Below, piece after piece: positions 24,379 to 35,553 of a stretch of 64,000 bases of DNA. The stretch is from Haliotis rubra (Eukaryota). Numbering within the stretch: position 1 is the first letter of the stretch; each line of letters starts with the position of its first letter. Made by a program: the position numbers and the translations under genes. The stretch is from positions 434,001 through 498,000 of the forward strand of contig NW_025767286.1 of the NCBI RefSeq assembly GCF_003918875.1, given 5' to 3'. The notes under the pieces were generated by a model, which had not been told where the DNA came from, did not search any database, and worked only from the letters and a program-made list of their open reading frames with translations.

Positions 24379-25457
24379 GTAAGTGAAATACTTTCCCAAA
24401 GTTTGAGATTTCCCTTCACCTGTGGTTTCAAGTTATGTCATATTATTTGATTAATGTAGACAATAGTTACAAAAATCCATTCCCAAATCTTTTACAACTT
24501 CTAGCCCAAATATGGCTATATTGGTATCATTTTCAGTAGAATTGTGTAATATTGGACTCTTACTAGGTAAACTAGACCAAACAAAGTTTTACTTGACTTG
24601 GGCTCCAGACTAGGTGAATCTCACAGAACTCTCCTGATGTCAACTGACACTATGAAATGACCATACAGAGTTGTTTCCCTTAGAGCAATATTGCAAGGAC
24701 AAGAGCAAAAGGATTATCCATCGTTCTGTACTGTTTATCAACTCCACGAAATGTTGAGAAAATCTCTGACAGCATGTACCAAACTGTTCAAGTTTAAAAT
24801 TCTATGTTGCCTTCTACATACTTCATGCTGCCTGAAATGTCTTTAAGCTCTTAGGTCTGCATAGATATGGGTTTGAATTTAGTACGGCTTTGAAAAGGGA
24901 GGATTTCATGAACAATATCCACTTGAAGTAATTGCTGTCACAATGTTTAATTCAAATGGCCTTGTGTTTTGTGAAGGGATCCTTGTAATGGCCTTACTGG
25001 TCCTTACACGACCTTGAGTCAGTTTTCAGTTGATCCAGGATTCAGTGTACTGGGTATATATGAGCCTGTTATTTTTAGAGAAATATCAGACCAGTGGCTA
25101 ATGTTGTAGACTTCTTGAATACACTAAACATTATCTATTCATACAGATGTGTTTTATACATACACTTACTTCTTAAGATATTGCCATGCTGATAATTTGA
25201 CAACATATGGATAAAGTAATACCTCACATGTAAAGTCAACTTGTAGTCATTCTTGTCTCATAGTTTGTTTTTACTTGTAAGGTATTTCTTGCCAATGATA
25301 TACATTATCAGACATGAAGAATTTAGACAAGGGTACTTTATTGACTATAACTTGCACTTCAAATTATCAGTTAGATTGAAAAATGCATTTTGACTTATAG
25401 TTAAGTAGTGCATATTCTTATTTGATGAACTGTGGCACTGATGGAAAATCAATGAAC

Positions 25458-25680
25458 CAGGGTATGAAACTCCAAAAAGAATTCAGCCAAACCACAGGGC
25501 TGGTTAGATGTAAAACTTGCTAGCCCTGACCAAAACTTATCTGCCCACAAAATATCTTCATATACATGTCTAAATTTTAACACGACCGTCGGGCAGGTGA
25601 ATTTGAGAATCTGGCAGTCCGTGTTGAAAATAACCCGTCCCGGGTGGTCGGGCAGGCAGGTATTTCGAAGGCTGAACCCT
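25458..25680 (+). mobile_element. hAT-like MITE; second copy at ~27150-27390
   Basis: ccacagggctggttagatgtaaaacttgc..gccctgaccaaaac...gggcaggcaggtattt shared by both loci. Confidence 0.65.
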
Positions 25681-25841
25681 GAAAGGTATACATGCTGACT
25701 CAAAGCCAGGCATTATGAGAGATGGGAAATAAATAATGACAGAAAAGAAGCTCTAATTTGTTCCAAGACTTGTATTGTGTTCTTTTCGTTTCCTTACCTT
25801 TATTATCTCTTTGTTTATGTATTTCCAATGTAATGTTTCAG

Positions 25842-25955
25842 TGTTACTTGGGTGATGCATTCCGTTGTGCCAGCTGTCCATATCTTGGCATGCCTGCCTT
25901 CAAGTCAGGAGAGAAGGTCGGCCTCAGTGACAGACAGCTGAAGGCAGACGCCTAG
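25842..25955 (+). CDS. CIAPIN1: CIAPIN1 last coding exon (Fe-S motif 2, stop TAG)
   Basis: [37 protein letters not shown]; completes CX2CX7CX2C. Confidence 0.97.
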   Translation, partial: CYLGDAFRCASCPYLGMPAFKSGEKVGLSDRQLKADA

Positions 25956-28718
25956 TCATGTGTTGTGAACCAGTGAGAGTGGCCTGTGTTACAATGGCAA
26001 CATGAGATTAGGAGAAGATGTTGACAGCCCATATTTATGTCGTCTGTCAAAGGTTCATAGTCAGACGGAACGGTAACCCAAGAAGACATGAGAGTTGTGC
26101 TACTTGGTATCCTGTTCCTGGCGTGACCCGTGTTATTCTTGATGTATTATATCTGTTGATGTATTATTTCACAGAGCACGGGTGTCTATCAAGTTCTGGT
26201 TGTCCCAGAATTAGTACCCAGGAACCTATGCTGGTTGTTGTGGTCAGTTTAATGGATCAGGTGGTCAGAATTAGTGACTTTCTATATTTTTCACACGTCA
26301 TGATACACTGGGGTCACGGATTGTTGCACTTAATATCAATTACCGGTTTGGATAGTCCAGACTCAATTATTTTCTGTCCACCATCATTTAGCTGGAATGT
26401 TGTTGAATAGCACATTATCAACAAATTAACAAGATTATGTTCTTGTGTCCTGTTATTCTGGCTTTCTTTTGAACCCTATGGGGATTCTGGGATTCTAGGT
26501 CCTCAGCAGTGTATGCTTGTCGCGAGGTTAGTAAATGATATAATGGTGTCTGCCTCAGTGACTCATTCAGTGTCTTAGCCCTGATTGCGTCGTTGCTTAT
26601 ATGAATTACCGTTGCTTATATGAATCACTGATTTTAATTGATTGTTAACAGGCTAGATGGAACATTGGTTGACAGACAAATCTTTGTATTTCCTGACTGT
26701 GTGTTCCTGTTTAGTCTGTATGACAGTCACTGAACCACATAATTTTCCCTAAAGCCTAGCCCTCCCTGCAATGCTAAAGACCTAAATGAAGCAAGTCTAG
26801 ATTTCCCCAGGTTCAGGATCTCCCATCTCACTGGGGCTCCTTATCAATTTAAATGGGTTTATTTGTAACTTTCAAAAATGATATATATTCAGAGACTAAG
26901 CATTAATCTAGTTCCTGTTTTACTTCTCCAAGTTTTGATCAGTTGGTGAATTATGACCAGTGCTTGGAGGTGTCCTTTTGCAGCTAAGCTTATGCACATT
27001 GAGTTGGGCTTTATATAATTATTGACTACCTTTCTTCTCTATTTTGTGGAAAACAAATAAACAAAGTACCTTCATGTAATGTTGAGTACTATCATCATGA
27101 TTGACTTGAAGTACAGGAGTTTTGAATGAAATTTGTATTGCAACATTGTATGCACATGAAAATCCCAAACATTTCAGCCAGACCACAGGGCTGGTTAGAT
27201 GTAAAACTTGCCAGCCCTGACCAAAACTTACCTGCCCACAAATAATTTGTTTGATGCTAGTTTATCATCCAATTATATCCATGCCAGCATGTCTAAATGT
27301 TAACCCGACTGTCGGGCTGGTGTTTGAGAACAATCCGTGTTGAAAATAACCCCGCCCCTGAGGGTTGGGCAGGCAGGTATTTGAACGCTGGTTATGTATG
27401 GCTGTTTATGCTAGTCATGACCATGCCAGTGAGATACCATGCTGCAGTTTAACATGCATACCCCATTCAGACACAACACTCATGTTAATCTTACAATTTC
27501 TTTCTTAATCACCTTTATCATGTTTATGTCGAGCAAGGTAACAATAATTATCATGTTTAGTGTCTTTTGGTATGATGCAAGAGATTGAACCACCAACTTC
27601 TGCTGTTGTGGCAGGTGCTCTATCAACAAGACCAGGTGAGAGAACAAAAGGGTAGGATGTAACTCAGAGGTGGAAGTTCCTCCTGTAGACAGTCCAGCTG
27701 TGTTTCCTTACATGTCCCTAATTTGAAAGAATACTAATTGTATCACCAGTTGTTCATTTGCTTCAGTTCAGAGGCAGAGAAGGTAACTAGGAAAGTTATC
27801 TCCCTTTGGCCTTCCTTGTTATTTTACAAGTTGCCAGTTGTCTATCATATATCTCAGTAAGTTTTAACCTTGTAAGACAGACCTTGGGTCTCCTTGTTAT
27901 GGATCTTAGAATGGATACAGCTATATTCAGGTACCATGACCAGGGGCCTGTCGTAAGTCTATGTTAAAGTATGGGAGTAACGATCACCTTGAGCTCTACG
28001 ATCGCTTTGGGAAACGGGCCCCATGAAACACATCCTCCATAAGGTGTCCCCGTGGTATTGCTGGAATATTGCTAAAAGCGACGTAAAACTAAACACACTC
28101 ACTCCAAAAGCTACAAACCATCAACACCTCATCAACTCTTCATTTGTGCACCAAGGCCTGGCCCTACAAAAAGACTACTTTTGTTCATGTACTGACAAAT
28201 TTGAAAGTTTCTTTATATAAATATCATGTGTACTTCCGGTTTGTAGGTTGTACTGCTGAGGTTTATGGACACTTCTTGGTCCTACATCACCAAGGAATAC
28301 AGTCAAATTTTGCAATTTATAGCCTGTGAATTAAAATACAGTGAGAAACCAACAACTGCTCAGAGTACATTGGTACAGCCTTAAGTGAATTTGCTCTATG
28401 CATTACTTTGATTCAGGCAATTGCAAAGGTGTTCACATGACATTCGTACAGCTGATTTCACATAAGTTATACAGAGCCATATTTCCTACGCTAACCCCAA
28501 AAGCCCTGGATCCTAATTACAGGGATGTAAGTGTTGACTGTTGATGGAGAAATGTACTGTGAAGTATTGTTGTAGTATTCTGGTGTTTGGTTTATTGATG
28601 CAATGATGTTTATGGACAGAGCTGTTGTGACATAAAGATGCCTTAAGTAGGGGACTGTCTCAGACACCTAAGGCACCACAGTTCATTTAGTTGTGTCCTT
28701 TGTCTACACCATAATTCT

Positions 28719-28965
28719 ACCTGTGAAGGTCCGGGTTACAATGAACCTTCAGTAACCCATGCTTGTCGTAAGAGGCGACTAACGGATCGGGTGGTCAGGC
28801 TCGCTGGCTTGGTTGACACATGTCATCGGTTCCCAATTGCGCAGATCAATGCTCATGATGTTGATCACTGGATTGTCTGGTCCAGACTCGATTATTTACA
28901 GACTGCCGCCATATATAGCTGGAATATTGCTGAGTGTGGCGTAAAACTAAACTCACTCACTCACT
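28719..28965 (+). mobile_element. Family B short retroelement, full length (probably in CIAPIN1 3' UTR)
   Basis: ACCTGTGAAGGTCCGGG...GTCGTAAGAGGCGACTAA...AATATTGCTGAGTGTGGCGTAAAACTAAACTCACTCACTC. Confidence 0.88.
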
Positions 28966-29285
28966 CCATTGTAGGTTTTTTTCGTGCACCCTGTATCCTT
29001 TCAATGTCATTAGCTACAGATTTAAATACAGGCCTTTGTTTGGTTACCAAGTGATCTGAATTGTGTCCCTTGCTTGGCCAGGATCACGGATGGATGGTTT
29101 AAATGCAAGTAAGATGCTTGGTTTTTCAGTTGTTGTGTGATTATCCCAAGTGGGTAAACGTCTTGGATCTTCGTCCCACAGTAAGCCATGGCATTTCAAA
29201 ATGGCATGGAACCCTTCTCACTCACTCACTCATTATCAATCTACGTCAATTATGGAAAGATTGTCAGACAAAAATGTAAATATTG

Positions 29286-29291
29286 AATAAA
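29286..29291 (+). terminator. Candidate distal polyadenylation signal of CIAPIN1
   Basis: AATAAA followed ~20 nt later by a GT/T-rich tract (gtgtcttttcatttttatttc); coincides with the end of the CpG-depleted zone. Another AATAAA lies at ~27056. Confidence 0.4.
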
Positions 29292-30828
29292 GAATCACAC
29301 TAAACAGGTGTCTTTTCATTTTTATTTCTCGTATAACTATTGTCATCTTAAATCAGGCGCTGATGCGAGCTCTAAATCAATCACAGAGTGTTCTGTTGTA
29401 GCTATTAGCATACAGTGGTTTTGATTGCATTGCAGCTCTTTCTGGTGCTTGTGCCTTGTTTCCGGTTTGATTAAGCAACAACCCCAAAACCCAAACAGTT
29501 ACGATATTTCTTGTTCCGTCCGCATCATGAGCACTTTTGTGCTTGTCGAGTGAGTGCAGTTTAGCCATCACTCCACAGACTTTTAGTGAACTGCTACAAA
29601 TCAGCTTAAATCTTACAATTGTACCCTTTAGATTAGTGTTGGTGAATCACTGGCGGGAATGTTTCACGGGTAAATTCCCAGTATTTTTTTAGATAATATT
29701 GTCCTTTAAATGAACTTCCCACCCCCACCAAAGTCTTTTTTGTCCCAGCCGAAAGAGCACACATATTATTTTGGGCCTTCCGAAGGCTCGTGACTTAGAC
29801 CTTCACCCTTATGCACCCTCTTTGGACCGTTAAGATAGGATTGCTCCCCTATGGTCGATTAGATTTAAGAGGCATTTAGGTTCTATAAATCAGAGGTGGT
29901 CAAGATTGGGGACTGGTCAGTTCTCTGACCGTGTGGGACGTTGTTCGTTATTAGACTCAGGTTTGTCATGCGTCAACGGTTCCGTGTGATACAGCAGGGG
30001 TATTGGTGACATTCCTTACTGTGTGATCTGAAGTAGTACTGGTGAATACAGGCAAACGGTATGCGATCACTTGTTTTCTCGAGTTCAGCATTTCACTCAA
30101 AACACAGACTGAACACAACCTCAGAGTAAAACATTCCTTGAATATCTTCTATAACCCGTATCAATACCCCATTGATGTCCGTCATGGAGCCCGGATGAAC
30201 CTTTGGTGTTAGTGCTGTGGTTTGTTCAGACATATACTAATGATGGAATGTCAACAACTGATAAACCCGACCTGTGAAGGTCCGGGTTAGAATTGGTCTT
30301 TAGCAACCCATGCATGCTTGTCATAAGAGGCGACTGACGGGATCGGGTGGTCAGGCTCGCTGATGTGGTTGACACGTCATCATATACCAACTGCGTAGAT
30401 TGATGCTCATGCTGTTGATCACTGGAATGTCTGGTCCAAACTGGACACTTTATACAATGTAGGTTTCCTTCAAAGCCCAAGGTGATCGGGCGCGAAGACT
30501 TCGTTGATGGCGACATTTTGTACCCTGATTACGTGGATCGTTTAAGACCTTCATCGACACATACGTTTGATATATATGATGTTCTCGAGGCATGCATTTC
30601 AGAGCCTGCGAGTCTTCGGCATAACGCATGAGTCAAGATTTCTGGCAATGACCCAGGTGAGGGTGTACAGTGATTCCTCCCGGTGGTGCCAAACGTCTAC
30701 CATATCAGAAAAAAACATGGACATTTGCCTAATTCTTGCCAGACAATTCTTCAATTTTGAAATGGGAGGAAATCCGACGGTTTCAAATCTGATGAATACG
30801 GAATATGTCCAATGTTTTCAAAGCCTCA

Positions 30829-30998
30829 GGGGGGCGGTGGGGTAGCCTAGTGGTTAAAGCGTTGGCTCGTCACGCCGAAGACCCAGGTTCGAATCCCTAC
30901 ATGGGTACAATATGTGAAGCCCATTTCTGGTGTCCCCCGCCGTGATGTTGCTGGAATATTGCTACAAGCGGCGTAAAACCAAACTCAGTCAGTCAGTC
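30829..30998 (+). mobile_element. Family A tRNA-derived SINE with TSD
   Basis: Near-consensus copy flanked by direct repeat CAAAGCCTCAG. Confidence 0.9.
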
Positions 30999-31029
30999 AA
31001 AGCCTCAGTCATGTTGACAGAATGTTGGG

Positions 31030-31860
31030 TAAGCACAGTTGACACACCAAATCAGCATAATAGTGGACATTAATAGACTGGCCTCGGGAGATAAATCACC
31101 AGTAAGATTCCCTTTGAATCCCAGAAAACGGAAGTCATCACTTTTATATTCTTTTCAAAGGAAGGTGGACAGTCGTGAAACCAAGAAACACTTATGGCTA
31201 CAAGTTGTTCAACAAACGCAAACTGGTCCGCACCAAAACAACGTAAATGTACACGGCAGAGGATGAACTTGGAGCGTTTTTGATGAGAATTCTGAAGCTT
31301 TGGAATCCAGAGTGCTGACACCGTTGTCGTGCCCAGTTCATTCCCCAGAATGCGCCTGTAAAGATGCGGGTAAGAACTGGTCTTCAGCAACTCATTCTTG
31401 TCGTAAGAGGCGACCGCCTTGTTATCGCATCCCAATTGCACAGATCGATTCTCATGTTGTTGATCACTGGACTGTCTGGTCCAGACTCGATTATTTACAG
31501 ACCGCCGCCACATAGCTGGAATATTGCTGAGTGCAGCATTAAACAACCAACCAACCCCAGAATGCACGCAACTCTCTCGTGAAGGGTGCCCGCCGTACTA
31601 TCTATGTGGCACTTGCTGGTTCCACGATCTTCCGTAATCATGTCATGTATTTTATCAACAAAACCTTATGTCCTGGAAGTCCACGGAGAATTATTTGGCA
31701 GAGTTCCTGATCTTGGAACATCTTCGAGGCTCTCAATTCCCATCTCCAACCCCTCCAAACAATGACAAAGAAGCGAGCGTATTCTCATAAAGCTTACGTG
31801 GAAATAACAGTGACCAGTCACTCCTTTGGGTGGCATTTTAGAAGTTGGGAAGTACAATAC
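31030..31860 (-). pseudogene. Decayed mariner (DD34D-type) transposase fragments with a nested family B element (31354-31555)
   Basis: KVMTSVFWDSKGILLVIYLP and GIESLEDVPRSG in minus-strand ORFs. Confidence 0.65.
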
Positions 31861-31874
31861 AGACACACTTCATG

Positions 31875-31990
31875 GATAACAACTTCTTTATTTCGTGTGT
31901 GCGACGTTTCGATAGAGACTCATGTCCTGTTTGACAACCGTACAAGAGTCTGTATCGAAACTTCGGACTTACGACATAAATAAGTTGTTA
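31875..31990. mobile_element. Inverted Penelope-type pLTR remnant with a degenerate minimal hammerhead motif
   Basis: Palindromic arms aacaacttctttattt...ataaataagttgtt; TTGACAA-stem-GAAAC at 31931-31964. Confidence 0.5.
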
Positions 31991-32820
31991 TTTATAAAGA
32001 TTGCCCAGTCAGTTGGTGATATAATTGTCATTGAGCGATTGAAACATTCTATTTAAGATACCCTGTTACAGAGGGAGAGTGAGTGAGTATGATTTGACGC
32101 CGCTTTTAGCAATATTCCAGCAATATCACGGCGGGGGATACCAAAAATGGACTTCACACACTGTACCCATGTGGAAAATCGAACCTGGACCTTCGCCATG
32201 ACTATAGCGAACGCTGTCACCATCAGGCTACCCCTGAAGGAAGAAACCCATCAGGGTAGAAATACTTCAATGTGGATACTGCAGCTCAGATTCTTTTCTG
32301 AACGCAACACATGAAGGGGTATCACCCGCCATCACCACTGCCTAAAATAGATACCTTTGAGTGAGTATGGTTTTACGCCGCATTTAGCAAAATTCCTGCA
32401 ATATCATGGAGGGAGACACCAGAAATGGGCTTCACACATTGTACCAATGTGGGGAATCGAACCCGGGCATTCAGTGTAACGAGTGAATGCTATAACCACT
32501 AGGCCACCCAACTTCCCGCCTTTGAGAATATGGGGCTGATAGCCCGCATTAATCACGTGACCTACCCTATCCACCCGATCATTTATATCAGACGCCGCTT
32601 ACGACAAGATAAGATCGCTGGGAAACTATATTTTTACCCCGGCATCTCCACGGGTACCTCCCACACCAGGTTGTCACATAACGCTGTAACAGGAACACTG
32701 TACTAAGAGGCGTTCAACCCAACGCGCCCACTCTCGTTAAGTATGTATTAAGAAACGTAAACAATATTTTTGAGGATTTATTTAAGAGCACTGGTGCCCC
32801 TTTGAATTTAAAAGGAATTG

Positions 32821-32868
<48 letters not shown>

Positions 32869-33576
32869 CAGAGGCCCAGATACGCATAGAAAATTTTCCA
32901 ATTACGCATTGAAAAAATAATTGTTGCGTATACCAATTTACGCATTTAAAATGTTAGATACGCAAAAAGTTTAAAACAAATGCGTACGGAATATATTTAT
33001 AAAAATCGCTTGCGTTATGAAAAAGACATCTATTGCTATCAAGTTGTACTGTTAGTGTAGGACAAGTGTTGTACTGTCAGTATAGGAGTGATTTTTTATG
33101 AAATCATTTTTATGAAATCATTAAAGCTGGTTTTGATTAGGTATGACATAAGGCAGAACATACCTGCTTAGTAAACTTACTCAATGACATATACTTAGGT
33201 GAGTAAAATGACTGAAATACGCACATATTTGAAAGCAGTGGGTAACGGAAAATGAAATACCCACTCAACATTCATAATACCCACTCCAAAAAAATACAGT
33301 GGGTACAGTACCCACATGAGTTAAAGACCCGTGAAGGTCCGGGTCTATTAGAATAGCCCTTCAGCAACCCATGCTTGCTATAAAGGCGACTATGCTCGTA
33401 AAAGGCGACTAACGGGATGGTAGGCTCGCTGACTTGTTTGATACATGTCATCGGTTCCCCATTGTGCATATCGATGCTCATCTGTTGATCACTGGATACT
33501 AAGCTGGAATATTGCTGAGTGCGGCGTAAAACTCAACTCACTCACTCACATGAGTTAAATCTTATCTGGAGCTCTG
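32869..33576. mobile_element. MITE related to 7315-7652, inserted in a (TA)n tract, with a nested family B copy (33326-33548)
   Basis: CAGAGGCCCAGATA / TATCTGGAGCTCTG ends. Confidence 0.65.
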
Positions 33577-33619
33577 TACTATATATATACATATATATAT
33601 ATTCAGATACTAAGCGTTA

Positions 33620-35553
33620 AGCCTGAGTCACACCAAGGTAGTTCTTAGTACGTCTTGCCCCGTCCAAAATGTAATTCTAAAACGGGCTCGAACGGGATTG
33701 CATGTGTAACGTTTGTAACAATTACGATGCTAGTTTGATCATAAACAGTTCTCAGTACGTCTATTTAGTCTTTACACCGTCCCCAGACAGTTGGTATTAC
33801 GTTTACATGGGTAAAATTGTCCGTTCACCCCGTGTGGACGTTTTCAAGCAGTTAAATAACGTCCTTAGTCAGTTTATATCCCTTCTGAACTAGACCTCGT
33901 TCTGATCTCGTTTTTAATACGCACAACCCCAGTACAGGGCAGTACGATATGACAAGGAAGGGTATAAATACTTGCATTTCTAACACGTTCGTCATTTGGG
34001 ATAGATATTTCTACCTGTGAAACATGAACAAGTTTGTAGCTGTTTAACCTGTTGAATGCTTGTTTCCTGCATGTTTTAACGTGTTGGGTGAGGAACTGGC
34101 TTAAACCTGTGAGGCGAATAGCTGTGGGACATGATCATCAACTGATGGAGGAGCTCCGCCTTGATGATCACGAGTCCTACAATTTCTTGAGAATCACCCC
34201 ACCCATGTTTGATGAACTTCTTGACCGCATCACCACCCCCTACTGAAAAGCTTTGGAACCAGGGATGAAGTTCGCCATCACTCTTCGTCATATGACATTA
34301 GAAGATATCCTGTGCCACCTTGCAATATGAATTCCGGTAGTCAGAAACACAATCTGCCTGTTGGTGAAAGATATCTGTAATGCTTTGGTAATGGATCTCA
34401 GGAAAGAAGTCATCTAGTGCCCTGTTGACAGAGCCACTTGGGAAGACGTTGCCGAGGAGTTCCTGAAACGCTGGGATGTCACACATGTTGCCATCAGAAA
34501 GCCTCCCTTCTGAGTCTGCTCTGTCACAGACATCTGAGGTGAGGTGAGGTGAAATTGGGTTTAACGTCGTGCTTGGGAATATTTCGCTCATATGACGACG
34601 TGCATGCGTGTGTATGTGTATGTGCGGCTGCTTGTACTAGCCAAGACTGAAGCTGGTTTTATAGTGCTAGCCCACTGAGATACCATGCCGCAGTGAAGCA
34701 TGAATATACCCCACTCAGACACATTATACAGACTCCGAGCCGACCAGTCCTTGTTGTACCCATGAATGCCGAGCGCCAGGCAGGGACCAACAAGTCAACA
34801 AGTACCATATTTTAACGTCTTTCGGTATGACGCGGTTGGGATCGAACCCGCGACCTTCCGCTCTCCGGGCGGACGCTCTAACCACTACACCACGGAGGCG
34901 GCCCACAGACATCTGAAGGTCCAGGGAACACAGCTCTCTCTTCCGGCACAGAAGGCTCAGCAACCATGGCTTCATTTGGGCTTGTTGATCTTGGACTGGA
35001 TTTCCCACAACCTGTCTTGGTCCAACCTTCTTCTTCCTTGGCGACATGGTGATGTCGATGTTTCTACCTTGACACTGCGAACGGGAATGAGAACGGACTA
35101 GAACGTGCTAGGTACGTATAGAAACGGGACAGGACGTGATTGCTATTACGATTGCACGCACGAGGAATGGAGTGAGAAAGTAGTGCGAACTGGAAGATCT
35201 GCGTGAAAACGGGTTGGTCGTGTTAAGAACGAGTTAGAACGGGGTTGTGCGTATTAAGAACGAGATAGGTCTAGTTCAGAACGGATATAAACTGACTAAG
35301 GGCGGGATTGAACTGCTTGAAAACGTTGTCCACACGGGGTGAACGGACAATTTTACCCAATCTAAACGTAATACCAACTATCTGGGGACGGGGTAAAGAC
35401 GAGATAGACGTAGGCTACTGAGGACTGTTTATGATCGAACAGGCATCGCAATTTTTACAAAACCTACACGTTCTATACATTTCCAGCCCGTTTTAGAATT
35501 ATTTTTTGGACGGGGCAGGACGAACTAAGAACTACCTTGTTGTGACTCAGGCT
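33620..35553 (+). mobile_element. Internally deleted PIF/Harbinger transposon with ~290-bp TIRs and TTA TSD
   Basis: AGCCTGAGTCACA.. / ..TGTGACTCAGGCT flanked by TTA. Transposase remnant WVRNWL..LMEELR..YNFLRITPPMFDELL..LEPGMKFAITLRH at ~34080-34510. Convergent second-ORF start MSPRKKKV at 35047 (-). Confidence 0.88.
34535..34902 (-). mobile_element. Family C V-domain SINE nested in the Harbinger element
   Basis: Full length; TSD CACAGACATCTGA on both sides. Confidence 0.9.
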
